Origin: an uncultured Actinomycetes bacterium
Lineage (GTDB): Bacteria > Actinomycetota > Thermoleophilia > RBG-16-64-13
DNA length: 64,000 nucleotides
Assembly: GCA_963841735.1 (NCBI GenBank)
Contig: CAWJDT010000001.1
Span: forward strand, 480,001-544,000
Direction: 5' to 3'
Under the pieces are notes generated by a model. The model had not been told where the DNA came from and searched no databases. It was given only the letters and a program-made list of their open reading frames with translations. The translations under genes and the position numbers were made by a program. Shown here one piece after another: positions 48,743-59,218 of the stretch (position 1 is its first letter; each line of letters begins with the position of its first letter).

Positions 48743-49720
48743 CTAGTCTTCGGTATCGATGTCCTCGGCCCACTCCCGGTTGTCCCGGTACCACGCGCAT
48801 AACCGGCGAACGCCCTCAGCGAGCGGCACCTGAGGCTCCCAGCCCAGTAGCTGCTTGGCCTTGCTGATGTCGGCCCAGGTGGCCATGACGTCGGCAGGGT
48901 GCATGGGCAAGTGCTCGATGAGAGCCTTCTTGCCGGTCTCTTGCTCGACCAAGCGGATGAGCTCCAGCATATCGTGCGGGCTGTCGCCGCCCAGGTTGAT
49001 GGTCTCGTGCCCCAGGGGCTTGAGCCCCAGGATAGTGCCCCGGGCGACATCGTCCACGTAGGTGAAGTCGCGGGACTGCTTGCCGTCGCCGTACAACCGT
49101 AAGGGACGCTCTTCATAGATCCACTGGACAAAGCGGAACAGGCTCATGTCCGGCCGACCGGCGGGGCCGTACACGGTGAAATAGCGATAGACGGTCACAT
49201 CCAGACCGTACAGATGATGGTAGGTGAAGCACAACGCCTCCGCACCCTTCTTTGAGGCCGCGTAGGGCGACAGGGGCCGGTCGGTGTTGGCGTCTTCTGA
49301 GAAGGGCACCGGGTTATTGGCTCCGTAGAGACTCGAGGTCGAGGACATCACGAACTTGCCCACGCCGTCCCGGCGGCATAACTCGAGCAGGTTGAGCGTG
49401 CCGGTTACGTTGGCGTCCACGTAGACCCAGGGATTCTCCACGCTCTGACGCACGCCGGCCCGGGCCGCCAGGTTGACCACCGCATCGAACGGCCCGCACT
49501 TCTCCCAGACTCCGGTGATCGACCGCCGGTCGGCGATGTCGGCCAGGTGGAAGTCGAGACCGGGAATCTCAGACAGTTTCTCCAGCCGGTGCTGCTTGAG
49601 CCGAATGTCGTAGGCAGGGCACATGTTGTCGATCCCGCAGACCTGATGCCCTTGTTCGACAAGCAACTCGGCTACGCGGCTGCCGATGAAACCGGCCACT
49701 CCTGTTACTAGAAGCTTCAT
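48743..49720 (-). CDS. NAD-dependent epimerase (UDP-glucuronate 4-epimerase-like)
   Basis: TGVAGFIG, LAARAGVR.S, SSTSSLYG, YAASK, FTVYGP.GRPDM, RDFTYVDD. Confidence 0.93.
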   Translation of the reverse strand: MKLLVTGVAGFIGSRVAELLVEQGHQVCGIDNMCPAYDIRLKQHRLEKLSEIPGLDFHLADIADRRSITGVWEKCGPFDAVVNLAARAGVRQSVENPWVYVDANVTGTLNLLELCRRDGVGKFVMSSTSSLYGANNPVPFSEDANTDRPLSPYAASKKGAEALCFTYHHLYGLDVTVYRYFTVYGPAGRPDMSLFRFVQWIYEERPLRLYGDGKQSRDFTYVDDVARGTILGLKPLGHETINLGGDSPHDMLELIRLVEQETGKKALIEHLPMHPADVMATWADISKAKQLLGWEPQVPLAEGVRRLCAWYRDNREWAEDIDTED

Positions 49721-49788
49721 GTCGTTCTCCTATGCGGTCTCGTAATCCTTGGTACAGCACGAACGACGACCACTGCCGGCGTCCGTTA

Positions 49789-50501
49789 TCAGCGGGTAGC
49801 CACGATCCGTTGCCTCTTCTTCTCAGCCGATATGACCGTGGCATTACCATACTTCGCCCTGATCTCTTCCAAGCCTCCCGTACCCTTCCGCACGTCGAGG
49901 ATCAGCCTACCACCGGGCTTGAGCAGCTCGTGGGTGCGGTCAAGGTAGGTGGCAACCGGATAGTGGAATCCCCAGGAGATCAACGAGATGACCAGATCGA
50001 CCTGTTGAGGAAGATCGATGCCCGCGTCATCCCGAGCCTCCAGTGTAGTCAGAGAAGAAGCCGGTACGCTGTTGCCGGTCAGCACCGCTCGTGTCATGTC
50101 GAAGGAGTTGTAGAATCGGCGACATCACGGTAGCCGTAGCCGATCTGGTCGTCAACCTGGGTCCGATCGAGAAGATAGAAGCGAACATCCGGGTCGCGCT
50201 GGTAGTGATCGAAGAGGAGGACATCGATGCCCCCCAGGCCACAACCAACGTCAAGAATCGCCGTGGCACCCTTGGGGAGCCATTCACGAATGTCCGCATA
50301 CTCGCCCCGCATGTCGGCATCGAACCGACGGCCGATCTGCCGCTTTCTGAGGCGCGACTCCAGCGAGACCGCCGTCATGAGCGGCGTTCGCTTGCTGAGT
50401 CGGCAGGCAATCTTGAAAAGCAGTTTCCTTTTGGTCAGGACAAGATAGTCGGTTCTCTGCAGCAGCAGATAAGGTAGGGCAGCACTCGGAACCATTATCA
50501 T
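49789..50501 (-). CDS. Class I SAM-dependent methyltransferase, frameshift near 50115
   Basis: ILDVGCGLGG in one frame; FYNSF..DLVISLISWGFHYP..LKPGG in the next. Confidence 0.78.
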
Positions 50502-50674
50502 GACTACCCCTCCCGCACGAGAGTCTCCTGGTTTCTTTTGAGCACCGAGGAGAGTCCTCGAGCGGTTCTCATCGTAGCATCTGGAGCACCTGGTCCTATT
50601 GGAGCGGACAACAGATGCGGTATGGTTACTCGCGTAGGAATCCATCGGCGCCGTCAAGAGAGCGACACCCGCAC

Positions 50675-51827
50675 ATGCGCATCTGCATTGTCATGGAGTA
50701 CCACCCTGCCGACCTGACAGGGGGATCTGAGACCCAGGTCTTCGGAATGGCCCGCGAATTCGCGAAGGCCGGTCACGAAGTGTCCTACGTGTGCCAAAGG
50801 TACGATCGCGCCCAGCCTCGTCGACGAGACGGTCGACGGGGTGCGGATCCTGCGTACGCTTCGCTGGCGCAAGGTCTTCCGGTTTCTCGCGGCTGGACAA
50901 GTGTTTCGCACCGTCCGCCGGTTGCGGCCTGAGGTCGTGTACCAACGTTTCGTGTCCCCCCTGACCGGCCTGGTCGCGGCAGCAGCGGGCTCTCTCCACG
51001 TGCCCTTTGTCTGGGGATGCTCGGAAGACAGGTCGATCGAGAGGGGGTTCCTTCTTCGCGGGCCAGGTGGCGGCTCCGGTGGACCGATGCGGGTGGTCAA
51101 AGTGGGACTTCTCCGCCTTAACGCCAAGATCAACCAGCACCTCTTCTACTACGGGTTGCGACATGCCCAAGCGGTAGTGGCTCAGAACCGTCTTCAGCTG
51201 GAAACCCTCCAGGCAGACTACGGGCTCGTCGGCAGGCTGATCCCCAACGGGGTCGTCGTCCCGCCGGCTCAGGGTTCGACGTCACCGAAACCGCTGGTGC
51301 TCTGGTTGAATCGAATCGCTCCCCGCAAGAACGCGGAGGCGTTCATCGACCTAGCGCGGTCCATGCAGGCCGAATACCCGGCAGCCCGCTTCGTGCTGGT
51401 CGGAGGGCGTCAAGAAGACGAGTATATGGAGACTATCCGACAGCACGCGGCCGGCGTAGGCAATCTCGAGTTGACCGGCAACGTGGCCCCGGCTGAGGTT
51501 CAGCGCTGGCTTGAGCAGGCCTGGATCTTCGTGCTCACCTCCACCGCCGAAGGGTTCCCGAACGTCCTTCTTCAGGCCTGGGCGGCGGGCACACCCGTGG
51601 TCAGCCTTGAAATCGACCCCGATGGTCTCATCGCGCGCGAAGACCTGGGCTTTGTCTCCGGGACTTCGGAGGGGCTACGGAGAGACGTCGCCCGTCTTCT
51701 CGACGATGTTGCCCTTCGCGAGCGGCTGGCCGGCGTCTCCCGGACATACGCGGCTGAGCATTTTGAATTCGCGAAGATCGCCGAGCGATACCTTGCCCTC
51801 TTTCAAGAGCTGACAGCCGCTCGATAG
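50675..51827 (+). CDS. GT4 glycosyltransferase, frameshift near 50816
   Basis: MRICIV..GGSE...GHEV in one frame; IPNGV, R..PRKN, EGFPNVLLQAW..GTPVV in the next. Confidence 0.85.
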
Positions 51828-52909
51828 ACCCCGTCGAAGCGGCCGGCCCAGGCAAGAGGTTCAAGCTCTCGCGAGGCATAGGCCCTCCCCCGTTCGCCCA
51901 TGTCCGCCCGCAGCTTGTGGTCTTTCAGGAGATCGACGATCACGCCGGCCAGCGCCGCCTCGTCCGGCACGACTACCCCGCCACCCGACTGCTGGATCAG
52001 CTCCACGGCTCCCCCGCCGTCCTTCATTACCACCACGGGTAGGCCCGATGCCATAGCTTCGTTGACCGCCAACCCTGCCCCCTCGTCTCGCGACGGAAAC
52101 ACAAACAGGTCCATCTGCATGAGATAGGTCTGCGGAACATCGCTGTGTCCCACGAAATCGACGATCTCATCGATTCCCAGCGAGCGCGCCAGCAACGCAA
52201 GGTCGTCTCTCAGCTCGCCGTCGCCCACCAGGACGACCCGCAACTCGGGGCAACAGCCTTGGGAGACCACCGACGCCACGGCCCGCAGCAACATATCCAC
52301 CCGCTTCACCGGAACGAGGCGGCCCATCCACCCCACCACCGCTCCGCCACCTTTGCGGTTAGCCGCTCGCCCTCCGAACTGGTCCAGCGCTATGCCGTTG
52401 TAGACCACCGCCACTTTGGCCGGAGCGACCCCGTACAGCGTCTTTGCCCTCTCCGCGAGAAACTGGGACACAGTCGTGACCCGGGTCATCGCGTGCCGCA
52501 GAAGAAAGGAGAGCCCCATCCGCTTCAGCCTGCGGCGTAGCCCCTTCAGGGTGGGCAGACGGCGAAGGCTGACCGTCCCCACGGAGCGCGTCTGAGCTCG
52601 AAGCCCGTGCAGGGTGAAGATGGTCGCCCGCCGGCTGAGCCACCCGGCAGTGAGAAGATCCAAGTCTGCGGTGTGAAGATGCACCACGTCGTAGGCGCGG
52701 AGTTGCCGAGCAAGACTCACGACACCCGTGACGCTACGCACCTCGACCCCCACATCGGTGAAATACGCGACATCCTCCACGCCGGCGTGGCGAACAAACA
52801 GAGCCACCCGGTCGCCCCGCTTGACCTGAGCGGGGAGGAGGACCCGGAAGACGGTACCCATGCCTCCCCCGATCACGTTCGACACGTGAGCGACAGAGAG
52901 GCTAGGCAT
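51803..52909 (-). CDS. GT4 glycosyltransferase
   Basis: VYNGI, GRLVPVKR, VGDG, EGAGLAVNEAMASGLPVV. Confidence 0.9.
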   Translation of the reverse strand: MPSLSVAHVSNVIGGGMGTVFRVLLPAQVKRGDRVALFVRHAGVEDVAYFTDVGVEVRSVTGVVSLARQLRAYDVVHLHTADLDLLTAGWLSRRATIFTLHGLRAQTRSVGTVSLRRLPTLKGLRRRLKRMGLSFLLRHAMTRVTTVSQFLAERAKTLYGVAPAKVAVVYNGIALDQFGGRAANRKGGGAVVGWMGRLVPVKRVDMLLRAVASVVSQGCCPELRVVLVGDGELRDDLALLARSLGIDEIVDFVGHSDVPQTYLMQMDLFVFPSRDEGAGLAVNEAMASGLPVVVMKDGGGAVELIQQSGGGVVVPDEAALAGVIVDLLKDHKLRADMGERGRAYASRELEPLAWAGRFDGVYRAAVSS

Positions 52910-54050
52910 GAGCAGCCGCCGCTTGTTGCATCACGGCCTCGTAAGCCGCTCCCACGGACTCCCCGGAGAACTCACTCTTCGCCAACGCCAGCGCTCGAGC
53001 GCTCAGCGACTCACGGAACTCCGGGTCGGTTAGCAGCCGCCGAACCTGCACCACCATTGTGGGTAGGTCGCCCGCTCGGAAACCCACTCCGTTCCCCTCT
53101 ATGATCCCGTCGGGGTCAAATGAGAGCGTCGCCGTCGGGGTACCGCAGTGCCAGGCCTGCACCAGTGCATTGGACAGCCCCTCGACAGGGCTGGTGTTGA
53201 CCAACACCGCTGCTTTGGCGATCCACTCCCAGGACTCGCTCAAGGGCACCTCTCCGATGTAGCGAAAGCGGACAAGACCATCAGTGGCCGCCAGTACGCT
53301 CTCCAGATAGGCCTCGTTGCTGGCCGGGCCCACCAGCGCGAAGTCGCAATCCAAGTCGGACAGACTCCTGGCCAGCTCAACGAACGCTTCCGGACTCCGC
53401 TCGGTCGATACCCTGCCTACCCACACCACCAACTGGGGGGTCGCCTTGGGTGGAAGATCGGCGGGCGGCGCGTGCAGTGACCGGATCACTGCCCCTTCCC
53501 GACCGTGGACGGCCCGCAGGCGCGCACACTGGTGCTGCGTCTGACAGACGTGCTGATCGGCCCGCCCTACCCCCAGATCGCAGACCAGGTCGGCGATGAG
53601 ATCAGGGATAGTGCGCAGCACCTTGCGTGCGACCGGGCGCGGCCCGTTCCACAGATGGCGCAGATGCTTCCAACGCTCGCACCCCTCTTCGGCGTTGCTG
53701 GCCCAGACGAAACCCGTGCGCCGACGCCACCGCTCCCAGGCAGCCACACCCGCGAGATAGGTCCGCCCACGCACGTAGATGACATCGGGGGCATAGCGAC
53801 GAACCGCCCGCGACGCTGTCGGAGCGCCCAGGAGAGGTACCCGCGCCGACCTTCGAAACGCGAAAACCGGGATCCCCTCGCGGACCATGTTGGCATCGCC
53901 CTTCGCATGGCGGTCGGAGCCCGAGACGACGGCCACCTCGTGGCCTCGACTTGCCAACTCCTTGGCCAGAGCGAGAATCTGCACTTGGGCTCCGTTCACG
54001 GCCTCGGGCCCCAGGGTGAAGCGCGACTCGTCTAGAAAACAGATCCTCAA
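52902..54050 (-). CDS. GT4 glycosyltransferase
   Basis: GA..Q...LA..L..RGHEV, WVGR, EGLSNALVQAW..GTP. Confidence 0.88.
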   Translation of the reverse strand: MRICFLDESRFTLGPEAVNGAQVQILALAKELASRGHEVAVVSGSDRHAKGDANMVREGIPVFAFRRSARVPLLGAPTASRAVRRYAPDVIYVRGRTYLAGVAAWERWRRRTGFVWASNAEEGCERWKHLRHLWNGPRPVARKVLRTIPDLIADLVCDLGVGRADQHVCQTQHQCARLRAVHGREGAVIRSLHAPPADLPPKATPQLVVWVGRVSTERSPEAFVELARSLSDLDCDFALVGPASNEAYLESVLAATDGLVRFRYIGEVPLSESWEWIAKAAVLVNTSPVEGLSNALVQAWHCGTPTATLSFDPDGIIEGNGVGFRAGDLPTMVVQVRRLLTDPEFRESLSARALALAKSEFSGESVGAAYEAVMQQAAAAHA

Positions 54051-54053
54051 GTT

Positions 54054-55556
54054 CTACTCCTGTTTCTCTCTCGAAAAACTGGACCGCAGGCGATGCACCA
54101 GTTGCGTGAGGGCAGTATAGCCGCAGGCTTTCGCGACCAAGGCGACCGCGGCGTAGATGGCAAGACAAACGGCCGTGAGAACGACCAGGGACCAAACGCT
54201 CCCTGTCGGCAGCGCGTACCCCATGCCCACAGCCGCGCCCATGGCCAGGCCCGCTCCAACGACAGGCACGCCGAGCGATGCCAACACCGGGCCAAGGGCG
54301 GCTCCCGCTATGCGCGCTCCGTCAAACAGCGACCAGGCGAGAGCCGGCACCGCGCTGATCAAGACGGCGATGCACACGCCCTTGAGATCCCACCACTGAA
54401 GCATCGGATAGATGAGGCCCGCGAGAAGTACCGTCTTGACAAGGAGCCTGCGAGTGGCCAGCTGAGGTCTGCCGACAGCCTCAAAGAGCGCGATGGGGAT
54501 CTCGCCCACCGACTCCAACGCCCCCCAGATGGCCAGCACCCTCATCACTGGGATAACGCCCAGCCACTTGGGCCCCAGCACCAGCTCCACGAAATCGGGG
54601 GTGATGACCCAGATATAGCCGGCCAAGCCGATCGACACCAAGGCTGTACTCCCAAGAGCCTCCACGAAAGCTCTGCGCAGCTTGTTGGCATTGTTCTGGA
54701 CCTTGGCGTAGGCCGGCAGCGCTACCATCTGCAGCACGTTGGTGATCTCGGTAGCGGGCAGGTTGGAGTACCTATAGCCAATCTGGTAGAGACCGAGACT
54801 GGCCGAGCCCAGCAGCCGGCCCACCAAGATATCGTCGCCTTGGCCGTAGAGAAAGCGGAGGATGGTGCTGCCGGTGATCCACTTGCCGTACGACATCAAT
54901 TCCCGGGCGCGGGCTCTGTTGAAGCGTAGGCGTGGCAGATAGGGAACGACCACGTACCCCAGCAGCAGCGCCACCGCGGCCTTCGCCGCCAGGCCCAAGA
55001 CCAGCGCGACCGGTGTGCGGTACACGACCACGATGACAATCGATAGAGCTACGTCCACCAGGCTCGGAACGATCGACAACAGGAATACGCGACCGAACCG
55101 CAGTTGGCGCCTGAGAGTGACCACGGCGGGGTTGCCAAAGCCGGCGAACGCCGAGGTGAGAGCTAGTATACGGATGAGGTCGGTGGCGGCCGGCTGGTGA
55201 AAGAAGGCCGCGATAAGCGGCGCGGCCAGCACCATGATGACGGCGACAGCGAGACCCCGCAGAAACGAGATGATCCAGGCGGTATCCAGATACGGCTTCA
55301 CGTCATCAGGCCGGCGCACGAGCGCAGACGTCAGGCCGAACATCGAGAAGATCTCGATGACACTCTGTGCCAACAGTGCAATCCCGAACACACCAAGGTC
55401 GTCCGGGACAAGGAGACGCGCGATTATCGCGGTCCGCACCAGCCCCATGAGCCGGTTGGAGATATTGAGACCGAACATCCAGGCCGCGCCGCGCGACGCC
55501 AACCTGCCGACCGTCTGACCGGTTTGCGTTTCTTCCGTGTCTACCGGCTCATTCAC
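54054..55556 (-). CDS. wzx: Polysaccharide flippase (PST/Wzx family)
   Basis: ARLL.PDD.G, D.ILVGRLLG...LGLY, LGPKW, about 12 TM. Confidence 0.88.
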   Translation of the reverse strand: MNEPVDTEETQTGQTVGRLASRGAAWMFGLNISNRLMGLVRTAIIARLLVPDDLGVFGIALLAQSVIEIFSMFGLTSALVRRPDDVKPYLDTAWIISFLRGLAVAVIMVLAAPLIAAFFHQPAATDLIRILALTSAFAGFGNPAVVTLRRQLRFGRVFLLSIVPSLVDVALSIVIVVVYRTPVALVLGLAAKAAVALLLGYVVVPYLPRLRFNRARARELMSYGKWITGSTILRFLYGQGDDILVGRLLGSASLGLYQIGYRYSNLPATEITNVLQMVALPAYAKVQNNANKLRRAFVEALGSTALVSIGLAGYIWVITPDFVELVLGPKWLGVIPVMRVLAIWGALESVGEIPIALFEAVGRPQLATRRLLVKTVLLAGLIYPMLQWWDLKGVCIAVLISAVPALAWSLFDGARIAGAALGPVLASLGVPVVGAGLAMGAAVGMGYALPTGSVWSLVVLTAVCLAIYAAVALVAKACGYTALTQLVHRLRSSFSREKQE

Positions 55557-56509
55557 GCTTGCACGAGAGAGTCTCTTATCTCGCTCAAGGTGGCAAACCG
55601 CCCGCCACAAGCCGTCACCTCTTCGCAAACCGCCCTTAAATCGTCAAGCGCGGTCCGCACCCCTTCCTCAGAGCGTGCGTTGGGGCTACAGGCGGGCACC
55701 ATGTCGACGTTGTGAAACATCATATTCAAGATCCCCTGGTACTCCCCCCGGACGGCGCTTCGCACGAAGGAGAGAAGTACGCCCCGCTTCGACCATCCAG
55801 GGCGGAACCAGAAGGGGCCCCGGGCCCACTTGGCCAAGTCCCTTGTAGACGTGACCCTGCTACGAGCCAAGAACTGGGTCGCCCCCCGGACGAAAGCCGG
55901 CGCGGGCGACGGTCGTAGCGAGATAGGTATCTCCAACAAACCGCCAGGTAGTCCAGCTCGGCTGATATCGTCGGCCGAAGGGTAGTAGGGAGAGTCGGGA
56001 GCTCCTCGGAAGTCAAGACCCTCGTCCCAGAGCTTGTGGGGGGTGACGCTGGTATCGACTGCGTATCCCAGATCGGCCAGAAAGCGTAGAGAGCGGGCGC
56101 TGGCTCCATATCTACCCGCCCTGTACGAACGTGGCGAGTAGCCGAAAGTGTCGGTGAACAGGGCGGTGAGTATCTCGAGTTGCCACCGCTCCTCCTCTTC
56201 CGATAGCAGACAGGCTATCGCCGAGGTCTGGGTCACCCCTTCGGAACCGACGATGAACTCGGGATGCAGGTGCGTGCCCAGCTCGCAATCGGTCGCAGCC
56301 CTTAGCAGAGCGGCACTTTCTTCGTGTCGCATCACCTCCGGGCTGACCAGATACGTCGGGCGGACGCCGTACTCCAGAAACAAGGGCGTCAGCCGCCGGC
56401 CGATACCTTCCTCGACACCGCGGAAAGCGAGGGGCTGCCGCACGTCCCAGCGCTCGTCCTTATCGCACTCGACGTCTATGGAAACCGCTACGAGGCAGGA
56501 CGGCGTCAC
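55553..56509 (-). CDS. Polysaccharide deacetylase (WalW-like)
   Basis: SIDVECD, PTYLV, ELGTHLHP, SYRAGRYG, VDTSV.P, EIP, FH. Confidence 0.85.
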   Translation of the reverse strand: MTPSCLVAVSIDVECDKDERWDVRQPLAFRGVEEGIGRRLTPLFLEYGVRPTYLVSPEVMRHEESAALLRAATDCELGTHLHPEFIVGSEGVTQTSAIACLLSEEEERWQLEILTALFTDTFGYSPRSYRAGRYGASARSLRFLADLGYAVDTSVTPHKLWDEGLDFRGAPDSPYYPSADDISRAGLPGGLLEIPISLRPSPAPAFVRGATQFLARSRVTSTRDLAKWARGPFWFRPGWSKRGVLLSFVRSAVRGEYQGILNMMFHNVDMVPACSPNARSEEGVRTALDDLRAVCEEVTACGGRFATLSEIRDSLVQA

Positions 56510-57576
56510 CCCGCCGACCTACGCAGTCTGTTGAGCAGCGCCGAGCGAGCCGTGGCCAGATTGCGCACGCGGATATCCAACAGGCCCCGCGAAACGTTTG
56601 TCCACTTCAGCTTGTAGTCCGTGTCGCCGCGCATCATGTTGAACTCATTGATCGTCTTGTCTTCAAAGCATCCCTGGATCGCGCTCGCCCAAAGCACCTT
56701 CCCTGGCGACACCGCGCTGTAGGCAGGGTTGTGTGCCATATTCCACGCGTAGAAGACTCCCCCTGTCTCGAACCCGATCAGGTACGCACCGATCTCCTGC
56801 CCCACGTGCAGCGTCCACACCGACAACATCCCCAGCCGCCTCAGCCCCTCGAGCGCCTCGACGACAAAGGCCGCGTATCGTTCATCGGCCAGACCGCTCT
56901 CCCGACCAAGCTCATCTTGGCGAGCGCGATGGATGGCAGCAGCTACGTTCATGAGATCGTCCACGTCCGCCCCGCGATCGTGACGGATCACCAATTCCCC
57001 CAGCTCCGCAAGCCGGCGACGAACTCGGGGTAGATCTCTGCGGACGAACTTCTTGCTGGTCGTAGCCAGATATGCTTCCCAGTCGCCGCCGCTGGTGTCG
57101 ATATAGTACGAGGGCGCGCGTTTCACGCTCACGCTACACTTCAGGCCACTGCGCAGGCCATCGAGCAGTCCTTCCACCGCTTCCGACGCCTCAGGCGCAC
57201 AATCGAGATGCAACTCGTCCCAAGATGTGCGAAACCGAATGAGAAAGTCGGCTACCGCGGAGCCGGCATCTCTCGCGGAGCCGTCAGAGATGATGTCGTG
57301 CTGGTCGCTGGGCCCGGTGGCCAACCACTGGACCTCCCGAAGCGGCACCAGCCCGCGGACGCGGCGGCGCACCAACATCAGGGGCGCGATGGCGACAGAT
57401 CGGTCGCCCGAGTCCACCACTATCGAGAAGAGCGCGTGTTGCCGAGAGCCGACCAGACGCCACCAGGGCTCTACCCAATCGTAGAGATATTGGGGATGAC
57501 TGGTAGGGCATTTCTGCGCCAGCGCGTCCCACAACTGCCGCAGTCCGTCCAGAGAATCAAGCCTAGTGGTGGTCAC
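56506..57576 (-). CDS. GNAT acetyltransferase (CelD/BcsL, Acetyltransf_6-like)
   Basis: W..L, W...WW, AIAPL, SPG.VL, F.MMRG...YK..W. Confidence 0.85.
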   Translation of the reverse strand: MTTTRLDSLDGLRQLWDALAQKCPTSHPQYLYDWVEPWWRLVGSRQHALFSIVVDSGDRSVAIAPLMLVRRRVRGLVPLREVQWLATGPSDQHDIISDGSARDAGSAVADFLIRFRTSWDELHLDCAPEASEAVEGLLDGLRSGLKCSVSVKRAPSYYIDTSGGDWEAYLATTSKKFVRRDLPRVRRRLAELGELVIRHDRGADVDDLMNVAAAIHRARQDELGRESGLADERYAAFVVEALEGLRRLGMLSVWTLHVGQEIGAYLIGFETGGVFYAWNMAHNPAYSAVSPGKVLWASAIQGCFEDKTINEFNMMRGDTDYKLKWTNVSRGLLDIRVRNLATARSALLNRLRRSAG

Positions 57577-57823
57577 CGCTCGGTCCACGCCGCCCAAGTC
57601 AGGCCATCCCAGAAGCGCCGCGCTTCGTCCGACAGCCACCTGAAGGTATGGTGACGCAAGCGAACGGGGGGACGACGATGGTGAAGGTATTCTCGTGCAT
57701 GCAACAGCACTGTAGCACCGCGACCGGACTTGGCGTACGTAGCCGCGCCATGGCCACGCGAGCGGCGGTCAGCTAGAATTGCAGCGGTCCCATCTTCCCG
57801 AGCGGAGCGAGCAGCGAGGGTCC

Positions 57824-59218
57824 ATGCGCATCAACCGTCCGTTAGTTCTAGATAGTTTGTGGGACAAGCGGACTGCCGTACTCACTTTCGCGTTTGTCCT
57901 CGCCGCCGACCTCCTGGTGGGCTACTTCTACACTAAGACAGGCTTCTGGGTAGTCATAGGTGCGATGGTCGTCGTAGCCGCGACCATCTTCCTGTTCTCT
58001 TCTCCGCGCGCGCTTATCCTCACGGTGTTTGTGGCGAAGCCGATCATCGACATGCTCTGGTTCGCCAGTACCAACTCGGCGGGTGTCTCCCTCAATGCTC
58101 AGTCGCTGCTTAGCGTCGGCATCCTCGGCGCGGCCTTGATGGTGTTGGCGATCAAACGGATAGTGCTCCCGAGGCGCCTCCTCATCGCGATGTTGATAGT
58201 CGTGGTGACGAACCTGTGGGCCGTGCTCTCCACACCGGGCCTAGCCTATTCGGCCGAATACATGATCCGCATCGTGTGTGGATTCCCTCTGGTGTTCGTC
58301 GTGCCCGCCATCGTGCAGCAGCTTCCCGCCCCGCGCAGACTGCTGCAGCTCTTCTTTGTGATCATGGCGTTCGTATGCATCACCGTGCTTCTCCAACCTC
58401 TGGGGATACTGCCCTACAACTCGTTTGAGGACACCGGGTTCGGCCGCGCCACAGGCTTCTACTACCATCCTTGGGACGTTGCTCGGTACATGGTCATCCT
58501 CGTGCCGCTTGCGCTTGCCATGCTGGATGAACCCGGGCAGCGGCGGGCTACCCGAACTCTGCCCTACTGGCTGCTCCTGGTCGCAGGTCTCGCTGTGACT
58601 TACTTCACCTTCTTGAAGGCGGCGTGGCTGGCCGTTCTGTTCCAAATACTGCTTTGGCTGTATCTGACCGGCAGAAGAAAAGCCGCCTTCTACAGCCTGG
58701 TGGTAACGGTCTTGGTAATCGCGTTCCCCTTGCGACAGGGCTTCACATCAGTCTTCTACGACCTGTGGAAGTTGAGCAGTCCCGAAACCCGTGGTCAAGC
58801 CCTCAGCGGTCGCATCTTTGTGTGGGGCGAATACTGGAGTGGCCTGCGGGGCGCGGGCCTGCGCGACATAATTTTCGGCCAGGGATACCGTCCGTCTGGG
58901 TGGGCCACGTCCGGTGGAGCGGTGCACGACGACTATCTGCGGGTGCTGGTGATGAATGGTATCGTCGGCCTAGTGGCTTACTTCGGTCTACTAATCACGG
59001 TTCTACGTCTATTGACTGGAGCCGTCAAGCGACTGGCCGTTAGGCGAGGCCTCGAATGGCGCATCGGGATCGCGGTGCAGTGCCTGCTGGCGGCGTACAT
59101 CCTGATGGGCATAACCGCCGATCCTTCCAGCTATCCGAGTCTGACCCTCTACCTCTGGCTACTCGTCGGGCTTGTCTTGGGCTACGCAAACCTGGAGCCT
59201 GAGCGGGATGACCAATGA
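57824..59218 (+). CDS. O-antigen ligase / Wzy-like polymerase
   Basis: About 12 TM; RATG.Y.HP, SGR...W, FGQG, HDDYL..L...GIVG. Confidence 0.85.
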   Translation: MRINRPLVLDSLWDKRTAVLTFAFVLAADLLVGYFYTKTGFWVVIGAMVVVAATIFLFSSPRALILTVFVAKPIIDMLWFASTNSAGVSLNAQSLLSVGILGAALMVLAIKRIVLPRRLLIAMLIVVVTNLWAVLSTPGLAYSAEYMIRIVCGFPLVFVVPAIVQQLPAPRRLLQLFFVIMAFVCITVLLQPLGILPYNSFEDTGFGRATGFYYHPWDVARYMVILVPLALAMLDEPGQRRATRTLPYWLLLVAGLAVTYFTFLKAAWLAVLFQILLWLYLTGRRKAAFYSLVVTVLVIAFPLRQGFTSVFYDLWKLSSPETRGQALSGRIFVWGEYWSGLRGAGLRDIIFGQGYRPSGWATSGGAVHDDYLRVLVMNGIVGLVAYFGLLITVLRLLTGAVKRLAVRRGLEWRIGIAVQCLLAAYILMGITADPSSYPSLTLYLWLLVGLVLGYANLEPERDDQ